Of a stretch of DNA of 64,000 bases, positions 36,646 to 45,786 are shown piece by piece. The stretch lies in contig JBJDYS010000001.1 of assembly GCA_051867595.1 (NCBI GenBank), positions 18,784-82,783 on the forward strand, given 5' to 3'. Numbering within the stretch: the first letter of the stretch is position 1; the number at the start of each line of letters is the position of its first letter. The translations under genes and the position numbers were made by a program. The notes beneath the pieces are model-generated. The model was not told where the DNA came from and did not search any database. It saw nothing but the letters and a program-made list of their open reading frames with translations. The DNA is from Oscillospiraceae bacterium. GTDB taxonomy: Bacteria > Bacillota > Clostridia > Oscillospirales > Oscillospiraceae.

Positions 36646-39600
36646 ATGTCTAAATTCAGCGTCCGCAAACCGCTGACCGTCTTTGTGGTTGCCCTGGCGG
36701 TTCTCATCCTCGGCGTCGTCGCCTTCGTAAAGATGACGCCTGACCTGCTGCCCAATATGGACTTCCCCTATGTCGTCATTATGACGTCCTATCCCGGCGC
36801 AAGCCCGGAAACCGTGGAGGAGGAAGTCTCCAAGCCTCTCGAGCAGTCCATGTCCACGCTCGAGCATATCGTATCCGTATCCTCCACCTCCAGCGAGAAC
36901 GTATCCATCGTGATGCTGGAGTTCGAGGAGGATGTCAACATGGACACCGTCGGCGTGGATATCCAGCAGAACATCGCTTCGCTGAGCGGCACGTGGAGCG
37001 AGGAGATCGGCACGCCTTATGTTCTCAAGATCAACCCGTCCCTCCTGCCCGTCGAGGTCGCCGCCGTCTCGATGGAGGGCATGGACAACATCGAACTGTC
37101 GGACTTTATAAACGACACCATTCTGCCCCGGCTGGACGGCGTTACCGGCGTGGCCCGCATCAGCGCCGTCGGCTCAGTCGAACAGCAGGTTCATGTCTTT
37201 ATCAGCGAGGATAAGATCGACGCCGTCAACGCCCGGATGACCGACAGCGTCAATCAGCAGCTCGACGACGCCGTCGCGGAGCTGGAGGACAGCCGTGCGG
37301 AGCTGGAGGACGCGCAGGAGGAACTGGAAAGCGCGCAGAACCAGATTTCCAGCGGCTCAAACACCCTTGCCACGCAGACGGCGGAGGCGGAATCCACGCT
37401 GAACCAGAAGCAGCTCTCCGCCCTGCAGACCCGCATCGAGCTGCAGCAGCAGATCGTCGAGCTGACCGAAACCCGCACGCAGCTTGCCAGCACGCTGGAG
37501 ATGGTGACGCCGCTTCAGGAGTCCGTCACCGCGCTGGAGGCCCGAGAGGCCGAGCTGAACGACCGCATCGCGGAGCTCAAGGCCTCGTCAGATGAGCTGG
37601 CCGAAGCCGAGGCCGAGCTGCAGACGCTCAAAGACCGCCTCGCGGAGCTGGAGGCGGCTATGGAACCCTCGGATCCGGAGCCGGATCCCGCCGCAGATCC
37701 CGAGGCGTCCGATCCGGATGATCCCACCGACACGCTCGATGATATTACGGAGTCGGAAGAATATGTGAACACGCTCGCGGCGATTGCCGAACTTGAAGCC
37801 CGTATCGTCGAGCTGAGCGCGGGAGCCACGGCCGATGCCGCCGAGCTGGCCGCCGCCGAGGCGGAGCTGGCCGCCGTGCAGGCCCAGCTCGTCTCCATGG
37901 ACGCGACGCTCGAGAGCCTTGACACGAATCGCAGCGGTCTTGCCGATAAGATCGCCGAGATGCAGGCCGGTCTCGCGCAGGCCGACGCCGGCATCGAGTC
38001 TCTGAACGAGGCGCTCACACAGCTTGACGAGGGCTCGATCCAGATCAGCGAAGCGCTGGCGACCCTCAGCTCCACCAAATCCACGAGCCTGATTCAGCTC
38101 GCGGACACCGCAGCGCAGATCGCCGTCAATTCCGCCACGATCAATTCCGCGCTGGAGCAGATCGATTCCGGCCTTGAGCAGCTCGAGGATTCCCGCGAGG
38201 ACGCGCTCGCCTCCGCGGATCTCTCCGGCAACATCACGATGAAAAACATCGCCGCTATCCTCTCGGCACAGAATTTCTCCATGCCCGCAGGCTATGTGAC
38301 CGAGGACGATGTCAGCTACATGGTCTCCGTCGGCGACGAGCTGACCGAGGTGGAGGAGCTTGAAAATCTGCTGCTGTTTGACACCGGCGAGGACGCGATC
38401 GGCCCCGTATATCTGAAGGACGTGGCCGACATCTTCGTCACGGATACCTCCGACAGCACCTACGCGAAGCTGAACGGCGAAAACGGCCTCATCCTCACCT
38501 TTGAAAAGCAGTCGAACGCCGCCACCGCCGAGGTCACGGATGCGCTCAGCCAGCGTTTTGAGGAGCTCGAGGAAACCTACCCCGGCCTGCATTTCGTTTC
38601 CCTGATGGATCAGGGCGAATATATCCACATCATCATAAACGCCATCCTGCAGAGTCTTCTGACGGGCGCGCTTTTCGCCATCATCGTGCTGTTCCTGTTC
38701 CTGCGGGATATCCGCCCGACCTTTATCACGCTCGTTTCCATTCCGCTGAGCGTGGTGTTCGCGATCGTCCTGATGTACTTCACCGGCGTTTCGCTCAACA
38801 TGATCTCGTTGTCGGGACTGGCGGTCTCTGTCGGAATGCTGGTGGATAACTCCATCGTCGTCATTGAAAACATCTACCGCCTGCGCGCCAAGGGCGCCAC
38901 GGCCGTTCAGGCAGCAGTCGCGGGCACCAAGCAGGTCGCCGGCGCCATCACCGCCTCGACCCTGACGACCATCTGCGTTTTCCTCCCGATCGTATTCGTG
39001 GAGGGCATCACGAGGCAGCTTTTCACCGACCTCGCCCTCACTATGGGCTACTCCCTCCTCGCGAGCCTGATCGTCGCGCTGACGCTTGTGCCGGCCATGT
39101 CCCGCGGTATGCTGAAGAAGCAGCGGGAACCGAAGCTCACCGATGGCAGGCGCTCCACGGACAGCCGCTTTTACCGCGCCTACCGCCGCTCCATTTCCTG
39201 GTCCCTGCGGCACAAATGGATCGTTCTGCCCCTCGCGCTGATCCTGCTCGTCGGCAGCGCTGCGCTGGAGCTCTCCCGCGGTTTCAGCTTCATGCCGGAG
39301 CTGGATTCCAACACCGTCAACGTCACGATCACCATGCCGGAGGATATTTCCCGTGACGACGCCGTTGCCATGGCGGACGAAGTTCTCGCCCGGATCGAGA
39401 CCATCGACAATGTCGAGAACATCGGCGCGATGATGGGCGGCTCAGGCCTTACCAGTTCCGGCACAAGCTACGACGTCACGGCCTATGTCACGCTCCCGGA
39501 GGATGCCTCCGGCGCAGCCGCCGGACGGCAGATCCGCGATCTCTGCGCGGATCTCGACTGCGAGGTGAGCTGCGATTCCCAGACCATGAATATGGGTATG

Positions 39601-40722
39601 CTCACCGGCTCCGGCGTTGAGATTCTCCTCTATGGCAACGATATGGAGGATCTGCAGTCCGCCGCGCAGAGTATTGCCGACGCGCTGGAGGAGGTTCCCA
39701 CCCTTGAAAACGCGGACTCCGGCCTGGAGGAGGCGCAGCGCGCCGTCCATGTCCGCGTCGATCGAAACGCCGCCATGGAAAAGGGCTACACCGTCGCCCA
39801 GCTCTATATGGAGATCGCCGGTGCCCTGACCGACTCCACCACCGCCATGTCCCTGGATATGGACGGCATCACGGCGGATGTTCTCGTCGAGACCGGAGAC
39901 AGCATGACGCAGGAGCAGCTGGCCGCGCTCTCGTTTGAGTATACCGATTCCGAGGGCGAGACACAGCACTTCCAGCTGCAGGATGTCGCCACGCTCGAGG
40001 ATACGGTCAGCCTCGCCTCCATCCACCGCGATAACCAGCGCCGCTATATCAGCGTCACCGCCTCGGTGAAGGAGGGACAGAACGTCACCCTCGCCACGAA
40101 CGACGCCGAAAAGGCCGTTGCCGCGCTGGAGCTTCCCGCCGGTGTGACCTACGAATTCGCCGGTGAAAACGAGACGGTCATGGAGGCCGTCAGACAGCTC
40201 GGCCTGATGCTTCTGCTCGGCATTATCCTCGTTTACTTCATCATGGTCGCGCAGTTCCAGAGCCTCAAAAACCCGTTCATCGTCATGTTCACGATTCCCC
40301 TGGCCTTCACAGGCGGCTTCCTCGCCCTTCTCCTCTGCGGCATGGAGGTGAGCGTCATCTCCCTCGTCGGCTTCGTTATGCTGACGGGCATCATTGTGAA
40401 CAACGGCATCGTGCTCGTGGACTATGTGAACCAGCTCCGCGCCGCCGGCATGGAGCGCCGCGATGCGCTGATCGAGGCCGGTGCGACCCGTCTGCGTCCC
40501 ATTCTCATGACCAGCCTGACCACCATTCTCGGCCTCATCATCATGGCCCTCGGCCGCAACGCCGGCACTGCATTCATGCAGCCCATCGCCGTCGTGTGCA
40601 TCGGCGGTCTGCTGTACGCCACGCTGATGACCCTGTATGTCGTGCCGTGCATCTACGACATCATGAACAAGAAGCCGATCGTCGTCGTCAAGGATGAGGA
40701 CATGGAATACAACGAGCTGTAA
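36646..40722 (+). CDS. RND-superfamily efflux transporter permease with a large coiled-coil insertion (1358 aa)
   Basis: AcrB-like N-terminus (RKPLTVFVVALAVLILGVVAF...PDLLPNMDFPYVVIMTSYPGASPE), two 6-TM bundles, and a conserved GxxxD-type TM4 region. It is about 300 aa longer than typical RND pumps. Confidence 0.9.
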   Translation: MSKFSVRKPLTVFVVALAVLILGVVAFVKMTPDLLPNMDFPYVVIMTSYPGASPETVEEEVSKPLEQSMSTLEHIVSVSSTSSENVSIVMLEFEEDVNMDTVGVDIQQNIASLSGTWSEEIGTPYVLKINPSLLPVEVAAVSMEGMDNIELSDFINDTILPRLDGVTGVARISAVGSVEQQVHVFISEDKIDAVNARMTDSVNQQLDDAVAELEDSRAELEDAQEELESAQNQISSGSNTLATQTAEAESTLNQKQLSALQTRIELQQQIVELTETRTQLASTLEMVTPLQESVTALEAREAELNDRIAELKASSDELAEAEAELQTLKDRLAELEAAMEPSDPEPDPAADPEASDPDDPTDTLDDITESEEYVNTLAAIAELEARIVELSAGATADAAELAAAEAELAAVQAQLVSMDATLESLDTNRSGLADKIAEMQAGLAQADAGIESLNEALTQLDEGSIQISEALATLSSTKSTSLIQLADTAAQIAVNSATINSALEQIDSGLEQLEDSREDALASADLSGNITMKNIAAILSAQNFSMPAGYVTEDDVSYMVSVGDELTEVEELENLLLFDTGEDAIGPVYLKDVADIFVTDTSDSTYAKLNGENGLILTFEKQSNAATAEVTDALSQRFEELEETYPGLHFVSLMDQGEYIHIIINAILQSLLTGALFAIIVLFLFLRDIRPTFITLVSIPLSVVFAIVLMYFTGVSLNMISLSGLAVSVGMLVDNSIVVIENIYRLRAKGATAVQAAVAGTKQVAGAITASTLTTICVFLPIVFVEGITRQLFTDLALTMGYSLLASLIVALTLVPAMSRGMLKKQREPKLTDGRRSTDSRFYRAYRRSISWSLRHKWIVLPLALILLVGSAALELSRGFSFMPELDSNTVNVTITMPEDISRDDAVAMADEVLARIETIDNVENIGAMMGGSGLTSSGTSYDVTAYVTLPEDASGAAAGRQIRDLCADLDCEVSCDSQTMNMGMLTGSGVEILLYGNDMEDLQSAAQSIADALEEVPTLENADSGLEEAQRAVHVRVDRNAAMEKGYTVAQLYMEIAGALTDSTTAMSLDMDGITADVLVETGDSMTQEQLAALSFEYTDSEGETQHFQLQDVATLEDTVSLASIHRDNQRRYISVTASVKEGQNVTLATNDAEKAVAALELPAGVTYEFAGENETVMEAVRQLGLMLLLGIILVYFIMVAQFQSLKNPFIVMFTIPLAFTGGFLALLLCGMEVSVISLVGFVMLTGIIVNNGIVLVDYVNQLRAAGMERRDALIEAGATRLRPILMTSLTTILGLIIMALGRNAGTAFMQPIAVVCIGGLLYATLMTLYVVPCIYDIMNKKPIVVVKDEDMEYNEL
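37240..38226 (+). other. Coiled-coil hairpin insertion inside the first extracytoplasmic loop of the RND protein
   Basis: Residues about 200-527 are A/E/L/Q-rich heptad-like sequence (AELEDSRAELEDAQEELESAQ...). An acidic, Pro-rich turn interrupts them near the midpoint (EPSDPEPDPAADPEASDPDDPTD, about 37660-37750). Confidence 0.7.
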
Positions 40723-40794
40723 CACCCCGCTCTTGACAAATCCCTCATTTCATTGTTTACTAAGGCAAAGAAAGAAAGCAAAGAGGATAAATCC

Positions 40795-41397
40795 ATGTAT
40801 ATTACCTGTTTAGACCTTGAAGGCGTTCTCGTTCCGGAAATCTGGATTGCCTTCGCCGATGCCGCCGGCATCCCGGAGCTGCGCCGCACCACCCGTGACG
40901 AGCCCGATTACGACAAGCTCATGAAATACCGCCTGAACCTCCTCAAAGAGCACGGACTCGGCCTCCGGGAGATTCAGGACGTCATCGCCACCATCGACCC
41001 GATGCCCGGCGCCAAGGAGTTTCTCGACGAGCTTCGCTCCATAACGCAGGCCGTCATCCTGAGCGACACCTTCACGCAGTTTGCCCAGCCGCTTATGAAA
41101 AAGCTCGGCTGGCCCGCCATCTTCTGCAACGAGCTGATCGTCGCGGACAGCGGCGAGATCACGGGCTATAAGCTCCGCTGCCAGCAGACCAAGCTCACGA
41201 CCGTCCGTGCCCTGCAGTCCTGCGGCTTCGAGACCATCGCGAGCGGTGACAGCTTCAACGACCTGGCCATGATTAAGGCGAGCAAGGCCGGTTTCCTGTT
41301 CCGCAGTCCCGAGAGCATCCGGCAGGACAATCCCGACATTCCCGCCTGCGAGACCTATGACGAGCTGATGGCGCTCATCAAAGCCGCCATGACCTAA
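40795..41397 (+). CDS. thrH: ThrH-type HAD phosphatase (phosphoserine phosphatase / homoserine phosphotransferase)
   Basis: MYITCLDLEGVLVPEIWIAFA...TTRDEPDYDKLMKYRL... is near-colinear with Pseudomonas ThrH as I remember it. Contains the HAD DxD motif. Confidence 0.8.
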   Translation: MYITCLDLEGVLVPEIWIAFADAAGIPELRRTTRDEPDYDKLMKYRLNLLKEHGLGLREIQDVIATIDPMPGAKEFLDELRSITQAVILSDTFTQFAQPLMKKLGWPAIFCNELIVADSGEITGYKLRCQQTKLTTVRALQSCGFETIASGDSFNDLAMIKASKAGFLFRSPESIRQDNPDIPACETYDELMALIKAAMT

Positions 41398-41402
41398 ACG
41401 AC

Positions 41403-41437
41403 AAAAAACGCGCTGTGGATATCCACAGCGCGTTTTT
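41403..41437. terminator. Bidirectional intrinsic terminator
   Basis: aaaaaa-cgcgctgtgg-atat-ccacagcgcg-ttttt between convergent genes. Confidence 0.7.
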
Positions 41438-41454
41438 CCGTTTTTGTGCGGGTA

Positions 41455-42129
41455 TCAGCCGTTGTAAGCCGCCACGACCGAGGCAAGATCCGCCGCGACC
41501 TGATCTTCGGTCGCGACCTCGATGAGGTTGATGTCGCCGTCAAACAGGCCGTCAATGGCAAAGTTTCCGGCCGCATCGACCGTGCCGGTCACGGTCAGGA
41601 CAAACTCGTCGCCTTCCATGTTCTGGCCGGTCTTTTCCATCTTGAAGGTGAGGTCATCCGCAATGACGAGCGTGTTCACGCCGTCGGTGTAGGTGCCGGG
41701 CGCCACGCCCTCGCCGGAGGGCTCGCCGGACGCATCGACCTTACCCATGGCAAACACCGCCTCGACAGACGCCAGATCGCCGGCCTTCTGGTCGTCGGTC
41801 GCCATATCAAATACATTCAGCTCGCCGTCAAACAGACCGGTCAGCGTGAAGACGCCGTCCTCGGTGACGGTACCGGTAACGGTCAGGGAGAACGCGGCGC
41901 CGTCCATATTTTCGCCGGTCTTTTCCATGATGAAGGTGAGGTTATCGTTGATGACCAGCGTATTCACGCCGTCGGTATAGGTGCCGGCAATGCCGCCCTC
42001 TGCCGAGGCCTCGCCGGAGGGTTCGCCGGAAGGTTCGCCGGACGCAGGCTCCGCAGACGCAAACGCGCCGACAGACAGAAGCAGGCAAAGCGCAAGGATC
42101 AGGGTCAGGATCTTGGACATACTCTTCAT
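41455..42129 (-). CDS. Secreted protein with two tandem copies of an ~88-aa domain (unknown function)
   Basis: Signal peptide MKSMSKILTLILALCLLLSVGAFA and an AGGAGG SD. See the repeat feature. Confidence 0.75.
   Translation of the reverse strand: MKSMSKILTLILALCLLLSVGAFASAEPASGEPSGEPSGEASAEGGIAGTYTDGVNTLVINDNLTFIMEKTGENMDGAAFSLTVTGTVTEDGVFTLTGLFDGELNVFDMATDDQKAGDLASVEAVFAMGKVDASGEPSGEGVAPGTYTDGVNTLVIADDLTFKMEKTGQNMEGDEFVLTVTGTVDAAGNFAIDGLFDGDINLIEVATEDQVAADLASVVAAYNG
41458..41994 (-). repeat. Intragenic tandem domain duplication
   Basis: Unit 1 is GTYTDGVNTLVINDNLTFIMEKTGENMDGAAFSLTVTGTV...LFDGELNVF. Unit 2 is GTYTDGVNTLVIADDLTFKMEKTGQNMEGDEFVLTVTGTV...LFDGDINLI. Confidence 0.8.
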
Positions 42130-42248
42130 GGTAAGTTCCTCCTATATGTTTATGACAACACTTTAACACAACCTGCTCCCGGTTTCAAGAGCAATCCGTA
42201 TCGGTTGTGTCCGTTTTGAATATACGTCACTATATAATGCGGTATTCA

Positions 42249-42277
42249 TTGACTTTCCGATTTGGATGTAATATACT
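42249..42277 (+). promoter_or_regulatory. Sigma-A-type promoter for pyrG
   Basis: TTGACT-17 nt-TATACT, about 35 nt upstream of the pyrG ATG. Confidence 0.5.
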
Positions 42278-42311
42278 TTTGTGTTGTGTCATGGCATAGA
42301 AAGGGATAACT

Positions 42312-43916
42312 ATGTCCAAATTCATTTTTGTAACCGGCGGCGTCGTCTCCGGCCTTGGCAAGGGCATCACCGCCGCCTCCCTCGGACGCCTGCTGAAAGC
42401 CCGCGGTCTCAAGGTTGCCGCCCAAAAGCTCGACCCGTACATCAACGTCGATCCGGGCACCATGAGCCCCTATCAGCACGGGGAGGTCTATGTCACCGAG
42501 GACGGCGCGGAGACCGACCTTGACCTCGGCCACTACGAGCGCTTCATCGACGAGGATCTGAACAAGTTCTCGAACCTCACCACCGGCAAGGTCTACTGGA
42601 ACGTACTCAACAAGGAGCGCCGCGGCGAATACCTTGGCAGCACGGTTCAGATCATTCCCCACATCACGAACGAGATCAAGGAATTCATTTACAGCGTCGG
42701 CCGCAAGACCGAGGCAGATGTGGTCATCACCGAAGTCGGCGGCACCATCGGCGACATTGAGAGCCAGCCCTTCCTCGAAGCCATCCGTCAGGTGGGACTT
42801 GAGGTCGGCAAGGAAAACGCGCTCTATATCCACGTCACCCTTGTGCCCTTCCTGCGCGGCAGCAACGAGCACAAAACCAAGCCCACGCAGCACTCCGTCA
42901 AGGAGCTGCAGGGCATGGGCATCCACCCGGACATCATCGTGCTTCGCTCCGACGAGCCGATCGAGGACGAGTCGATCTTCCAAAAGGTGGCGATGTTCTG
43001 CAATGTGCAGCCGGAATGTGTCATTGAAAACCGTACCATCGGCGTATTGTATGAATGTCCGCTGATGCTGGAGGAGCAAAATTTCTCCTCCATCGTATGC
43101 AAAAAGCTCGGCCTCTCCGTCGGCGAACCGGCGCTCGACGACTGGCGCGCCATGGTGGCTTCTGTCCACAACCTCTCGAAAAAGGTCACGATCGCCCTTG
43201 TCGGCAAGTATGTCCAACTGCACGACGCGTACCTCTCCGTTTCCGAGGCGCTCAAGCACGCAGGCTACGCGAAGGGCGCCGAGATCGACATCCGCTGGAT
43301 CGACTCGGAGACCGTTACGGCGGAGAGCGCCGGAAAGCTCCTCGGCGATGTGGACGCCATCCTCGTCCCCGGCGGCTTCGGCAGCCGCGGCATAGAGGGC
43401 AAGATCCTCGCCGCGCAGTATGCCCGCGAGCATAAGCTCCCGTACCTCGGTCTCTGCCTCGGTATGCAGATCGCGGTCATTGAGTTTGCCCGCCACGCCG
43501 CCGGTCTCACCGGCGCAAACTCCCGTGAGTTTGACGAGAGCGCTCCCTACCGCGTCATCGACTTCATGCCCGGTCAGAACGACGAGATCGACAAGGGCGG
43601 CACACTGCGCCTCGGCGCGTATCCCTGCGCGGTGCAGCCGGGTACACTTTTGGAAAAATGCTACGGCGCTTCGGAGATCTCCGAGCGGCACCGTCACCGC
43701 TACGAATTCAACAACGAATACCGCGACGCTCTCACGAAGGCCGGTCTCGTGATCGGCGGCGTCTCCCCGGACGGACGTCTTGTCGAGACCGTTGAGGTCG
43801 CGGATCACCCGTTTTATATCGGCGTGCAGTATCACCCCGAGTTCAAGAGCCGGCCCAACCGTCCCCACCCTCTGTTTGTGGGTCTCGTGAGCGCCGCGCT
43901 CGACCGAAACAAATAA
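42312..43916 (+). CDS. pyrG: CTP synthase
   Basis: [25 protein letters not shown]..., with a GATase C-terminus (GLCLGMQ, HRHRYE). Confidence 0.97.
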   Translation: MSKFIFVTGGVVSGLGKGITAASLGRLLKARGLKVAAQKLDPYINVDPGTMSPYQHGEVYVTEDGAETDLDLGHYERFIDEDLNKFSNLTTGKVYWNVLNKERRGEYLGSTVQIIPHITNEIKEFIYSVGRKTEADVVITEVGGTIGDIESQPFLEAIRQVGLEVGKENALYIHVTLVPFLRGSNEHKTKPTQHSVKELQGMGIHPDIIVLRSDEPIEDESIFQKVAMFCNVQPECVIENRTIGVLYECPLMLEEQNFSSIVCKKLGLSVGEPALDDWRAMVASVHNLSKKVTIALVGKYVQLHDAYLSVSEALKHAGYAKGAEIDIRWIDSETVTAESAGKLLGDVDAILVPGGFGSRGIEGKILAAQYAREHKLPYLGLCLGMQIAVIEFARHAAGLTGANSREFDESAPYRVIDFMPGQNDEIDKGGTLRLGAYPCAVQPGTLLEKCYGASEISERHRHRYEFNNEYRDALTKAGLVIGGVSPDGRLVETVEVADHPFYIGVQYHPEFKSRPNRPHPLFVGLVSAALDRNK

Positions 43917-43934
43917 CGGAAGGAATGATTTTCC

Positions 43935-45773
43935 ATGTGCGGAATCGTCGGCTTTGTCGGCACACAGGACGCCGCCCCCATCCTGCTGGACGGGCTGGAG
44001 CGTCTCGAATACCGCGGATATGACTCGGCCGGCATCGCCGTGCTCTCCCCGGCCGGGGCCTTGCAGGTGCAGAAATGCAAAGGCCGGCTTCAGGAACTGC
44101 GCGGCAAGCTCGCCGCCCAGCCGCCCATCACCGGCTGCCTCGGCATTGGCCACACCCGCTGGGCCACCCATGGCGAGCCGAACGACATAAACTCCCACCC
44201 CCATGTCAGCGAAAACGGCAGGGTGGCCATCGTACATAACGGTATCATTGAAAACTATGTGCAGATCAAGGACTTTCTGCTCTCCAAGGGCGTGACCTTC
44301 CAGTCCGATACCGACTCTGAGGTCATCGCGCAGCTTCTCGAATACTGCTTCAACAACTGCGACGACATCATGCAGGCCGTGTATCAGGTTCTCGAAAAGA
44401 TCGAGGGCGCCTACGCGCTCGGCATCATCTGCTCCGATGACCCCGACCGGCTGATCGCCGCCCGCAAGGATGCGCCGTTGCTGATCGGCTACGGCGACGG
44501 ATGCAGCTTCATCGCCTCCGACGTCACCGCAATCATTGCCCACACCCGGACGGTCTCCTATATGGACGACGGCGAGGTCGCCGTCCTCACAAAGGACAAG
44601 GTCGAGGTCTTTGACGAGTACCGCCGCCCGGTGAAAAAGAAAAGCCACTATATCGACTGGGATGTCTCTGCGGCGGAAAAGGGCGGCTATGCCCATTTCA
44701 TGTTCAAGGAGATCATGGAGCAGCCCGAGGCCATCCGCAAGACCATCTCCCCGCATCTGCGGGACGGACGGATCGTGTTTGACGACCTCAGCCTGACCCC
44801 GGAGTTCATCCGCTCCCTGTCACGCATCCATATCATTGCCTGCGGCTCCTCGTACCATGTCGGTATGCTCGGGCAGTACAACCTACAGCGCCTTCTTCGC
44901 ATCCCGGTATCGGTCTCTCTCGCTTCGGAGTTCCGCTATTCCGACCCGCTCGTGGATGAACGGGATCTCGTCATCGTCATCAGTCAGTCCGGCGAGACGC
45001 TGGACTCCATGGCGGCCCTGCGCGAGGCAAAGGCCCGCGGCGCGCACATCCTCTCCATCGTGAACGTGGTCGGAAGCTCCATCGCCCGCGAATCGGACGA
45101 TGTGATCTATACCTGGGCCGGCCCGGAGATCGCAGTCGCCACGACGAAGGCATACAGCACGCAGCTCATCCTTCTCGATCTGCTGGGTCTTTACTTTGCC
45201 GACCTCATCGGCACGGTCACGCCGGAGGAATACCGCGCGATCATCGACGCGGCGCAGGCCCTCCCGGCACAGATGGAGACCATCCTCGCCGATACCGACC
45301 CGTACCAGTACCTCGCCTCGCAGTACTTCAACCGCGAGAGCGTGTTCTTCATCGGCCGCAACCTCGACTACGCGCTTGGTCTGGAAGGCTCGCTGAAGCT
45401 CAAGGAGATCTCCTACATCCACTCCGAGTCCTACGCCTCCGGCGAGCTGAAGCACGGCACGATCTCCCTGATCGAGGACGGCACGCTCGTCATCGCGCTG
45501 GCCACCTATGCTCCTCTGTTTGACAAGGCGCAGTCGAATGTCGTGGAGGTGCAGGCCCGCGGCGCGGATGTCATCGCGCTCACGACGGAGAGCCTGCGCG
45601 AACGGATGGAAAAGACCACGGAGCAGCTGCTCGTCATCCCCGACACGCACACGATCCTCCAGCCGAGCCTCGGTGTGATCCCGCTGCAGCTTTTCGCGTA
45701 TTACATCGCCCTGCAAAGAGGCTGTGATATAGACAAACCCAAGAACCTGGCCAAATCCGTTACGGTCGAATAA
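43935..45773 (+). CDS. glmS: Glutamine--fructose-6-phosphate aminotransferase
   Basis: MCGIVGFVG N-terminal nucleophile, two SIS domains, C-terminal ...AKSVTVE. Confidence 0.97.
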   Translation: MCGIVGFVGTQDAAPILLDGLERLEYRGYDSAGIAVLSPAGALQVQKCKGRLQELRGKLAAQPPITGCLGIGHTRWATHGEPNDINSHPHVSENGRVAIVHNGIIENYVQIKDFLLSKGVTFQSDTDSEVIAQLLEYCFNNCDDIMQAVYQVLEKIEGAYALGIICSDDPDRLIAARKDAPLLIGYGDGCSFIASDVTAIIAHTRTVSYMDDGEVAVLTKDKVEVFDEYRRPVKKKSHYIDWDVSAAEKGGYAHFMFKEIMEQPEAIRKTISPHLRDGRIVFDDLSLTPEFIRSLSRIHIIACGSSYHVGMLGQYNLQRLLRIPVSVSLASEFRYSDPLVDERDLVIVISQSGETLDSMAALREAKARGAHILSIVNVVGSSIARESDDVIYTWAGPEIAVATTKAYSTQLILLDLLGLYFADLIGTVTPEEYRAIIDAAQALPAQMETILADTDPYQYLASQYFNRESVFFIGRNLDYALGLEGSLKLKEISYIHSESYASGELKHGTISLIEDGTLVIALATYAPLFDKAQSNVVEVQARGADVIALTTESLRERMEKTTEQLLVIPDTHTILQPSLGVIPLQLFAYYIALQRGCDIDKPKNLAKSVTVE

Positions 45774-45786
45774 GAAGGAGAGAGAC

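Noticed and set aside
42130-42311. Looked for a pyrG attenuator (reiterative-transcription leader plus terminator, as in B. subtilis).
   Set aside because: The best promoter (42249-42277) leaves only a ~30-nt UTR, and I saw no terminator hairpin.
43917-43934. Looked for a glmS ribozyme upstream of glmS.
   Set aside because: Only 18 nt separate the pyrG stop and the glmS start, so there is no room for the ~170-nt ribozyme. glmS appears co-transcribed with pyrG.
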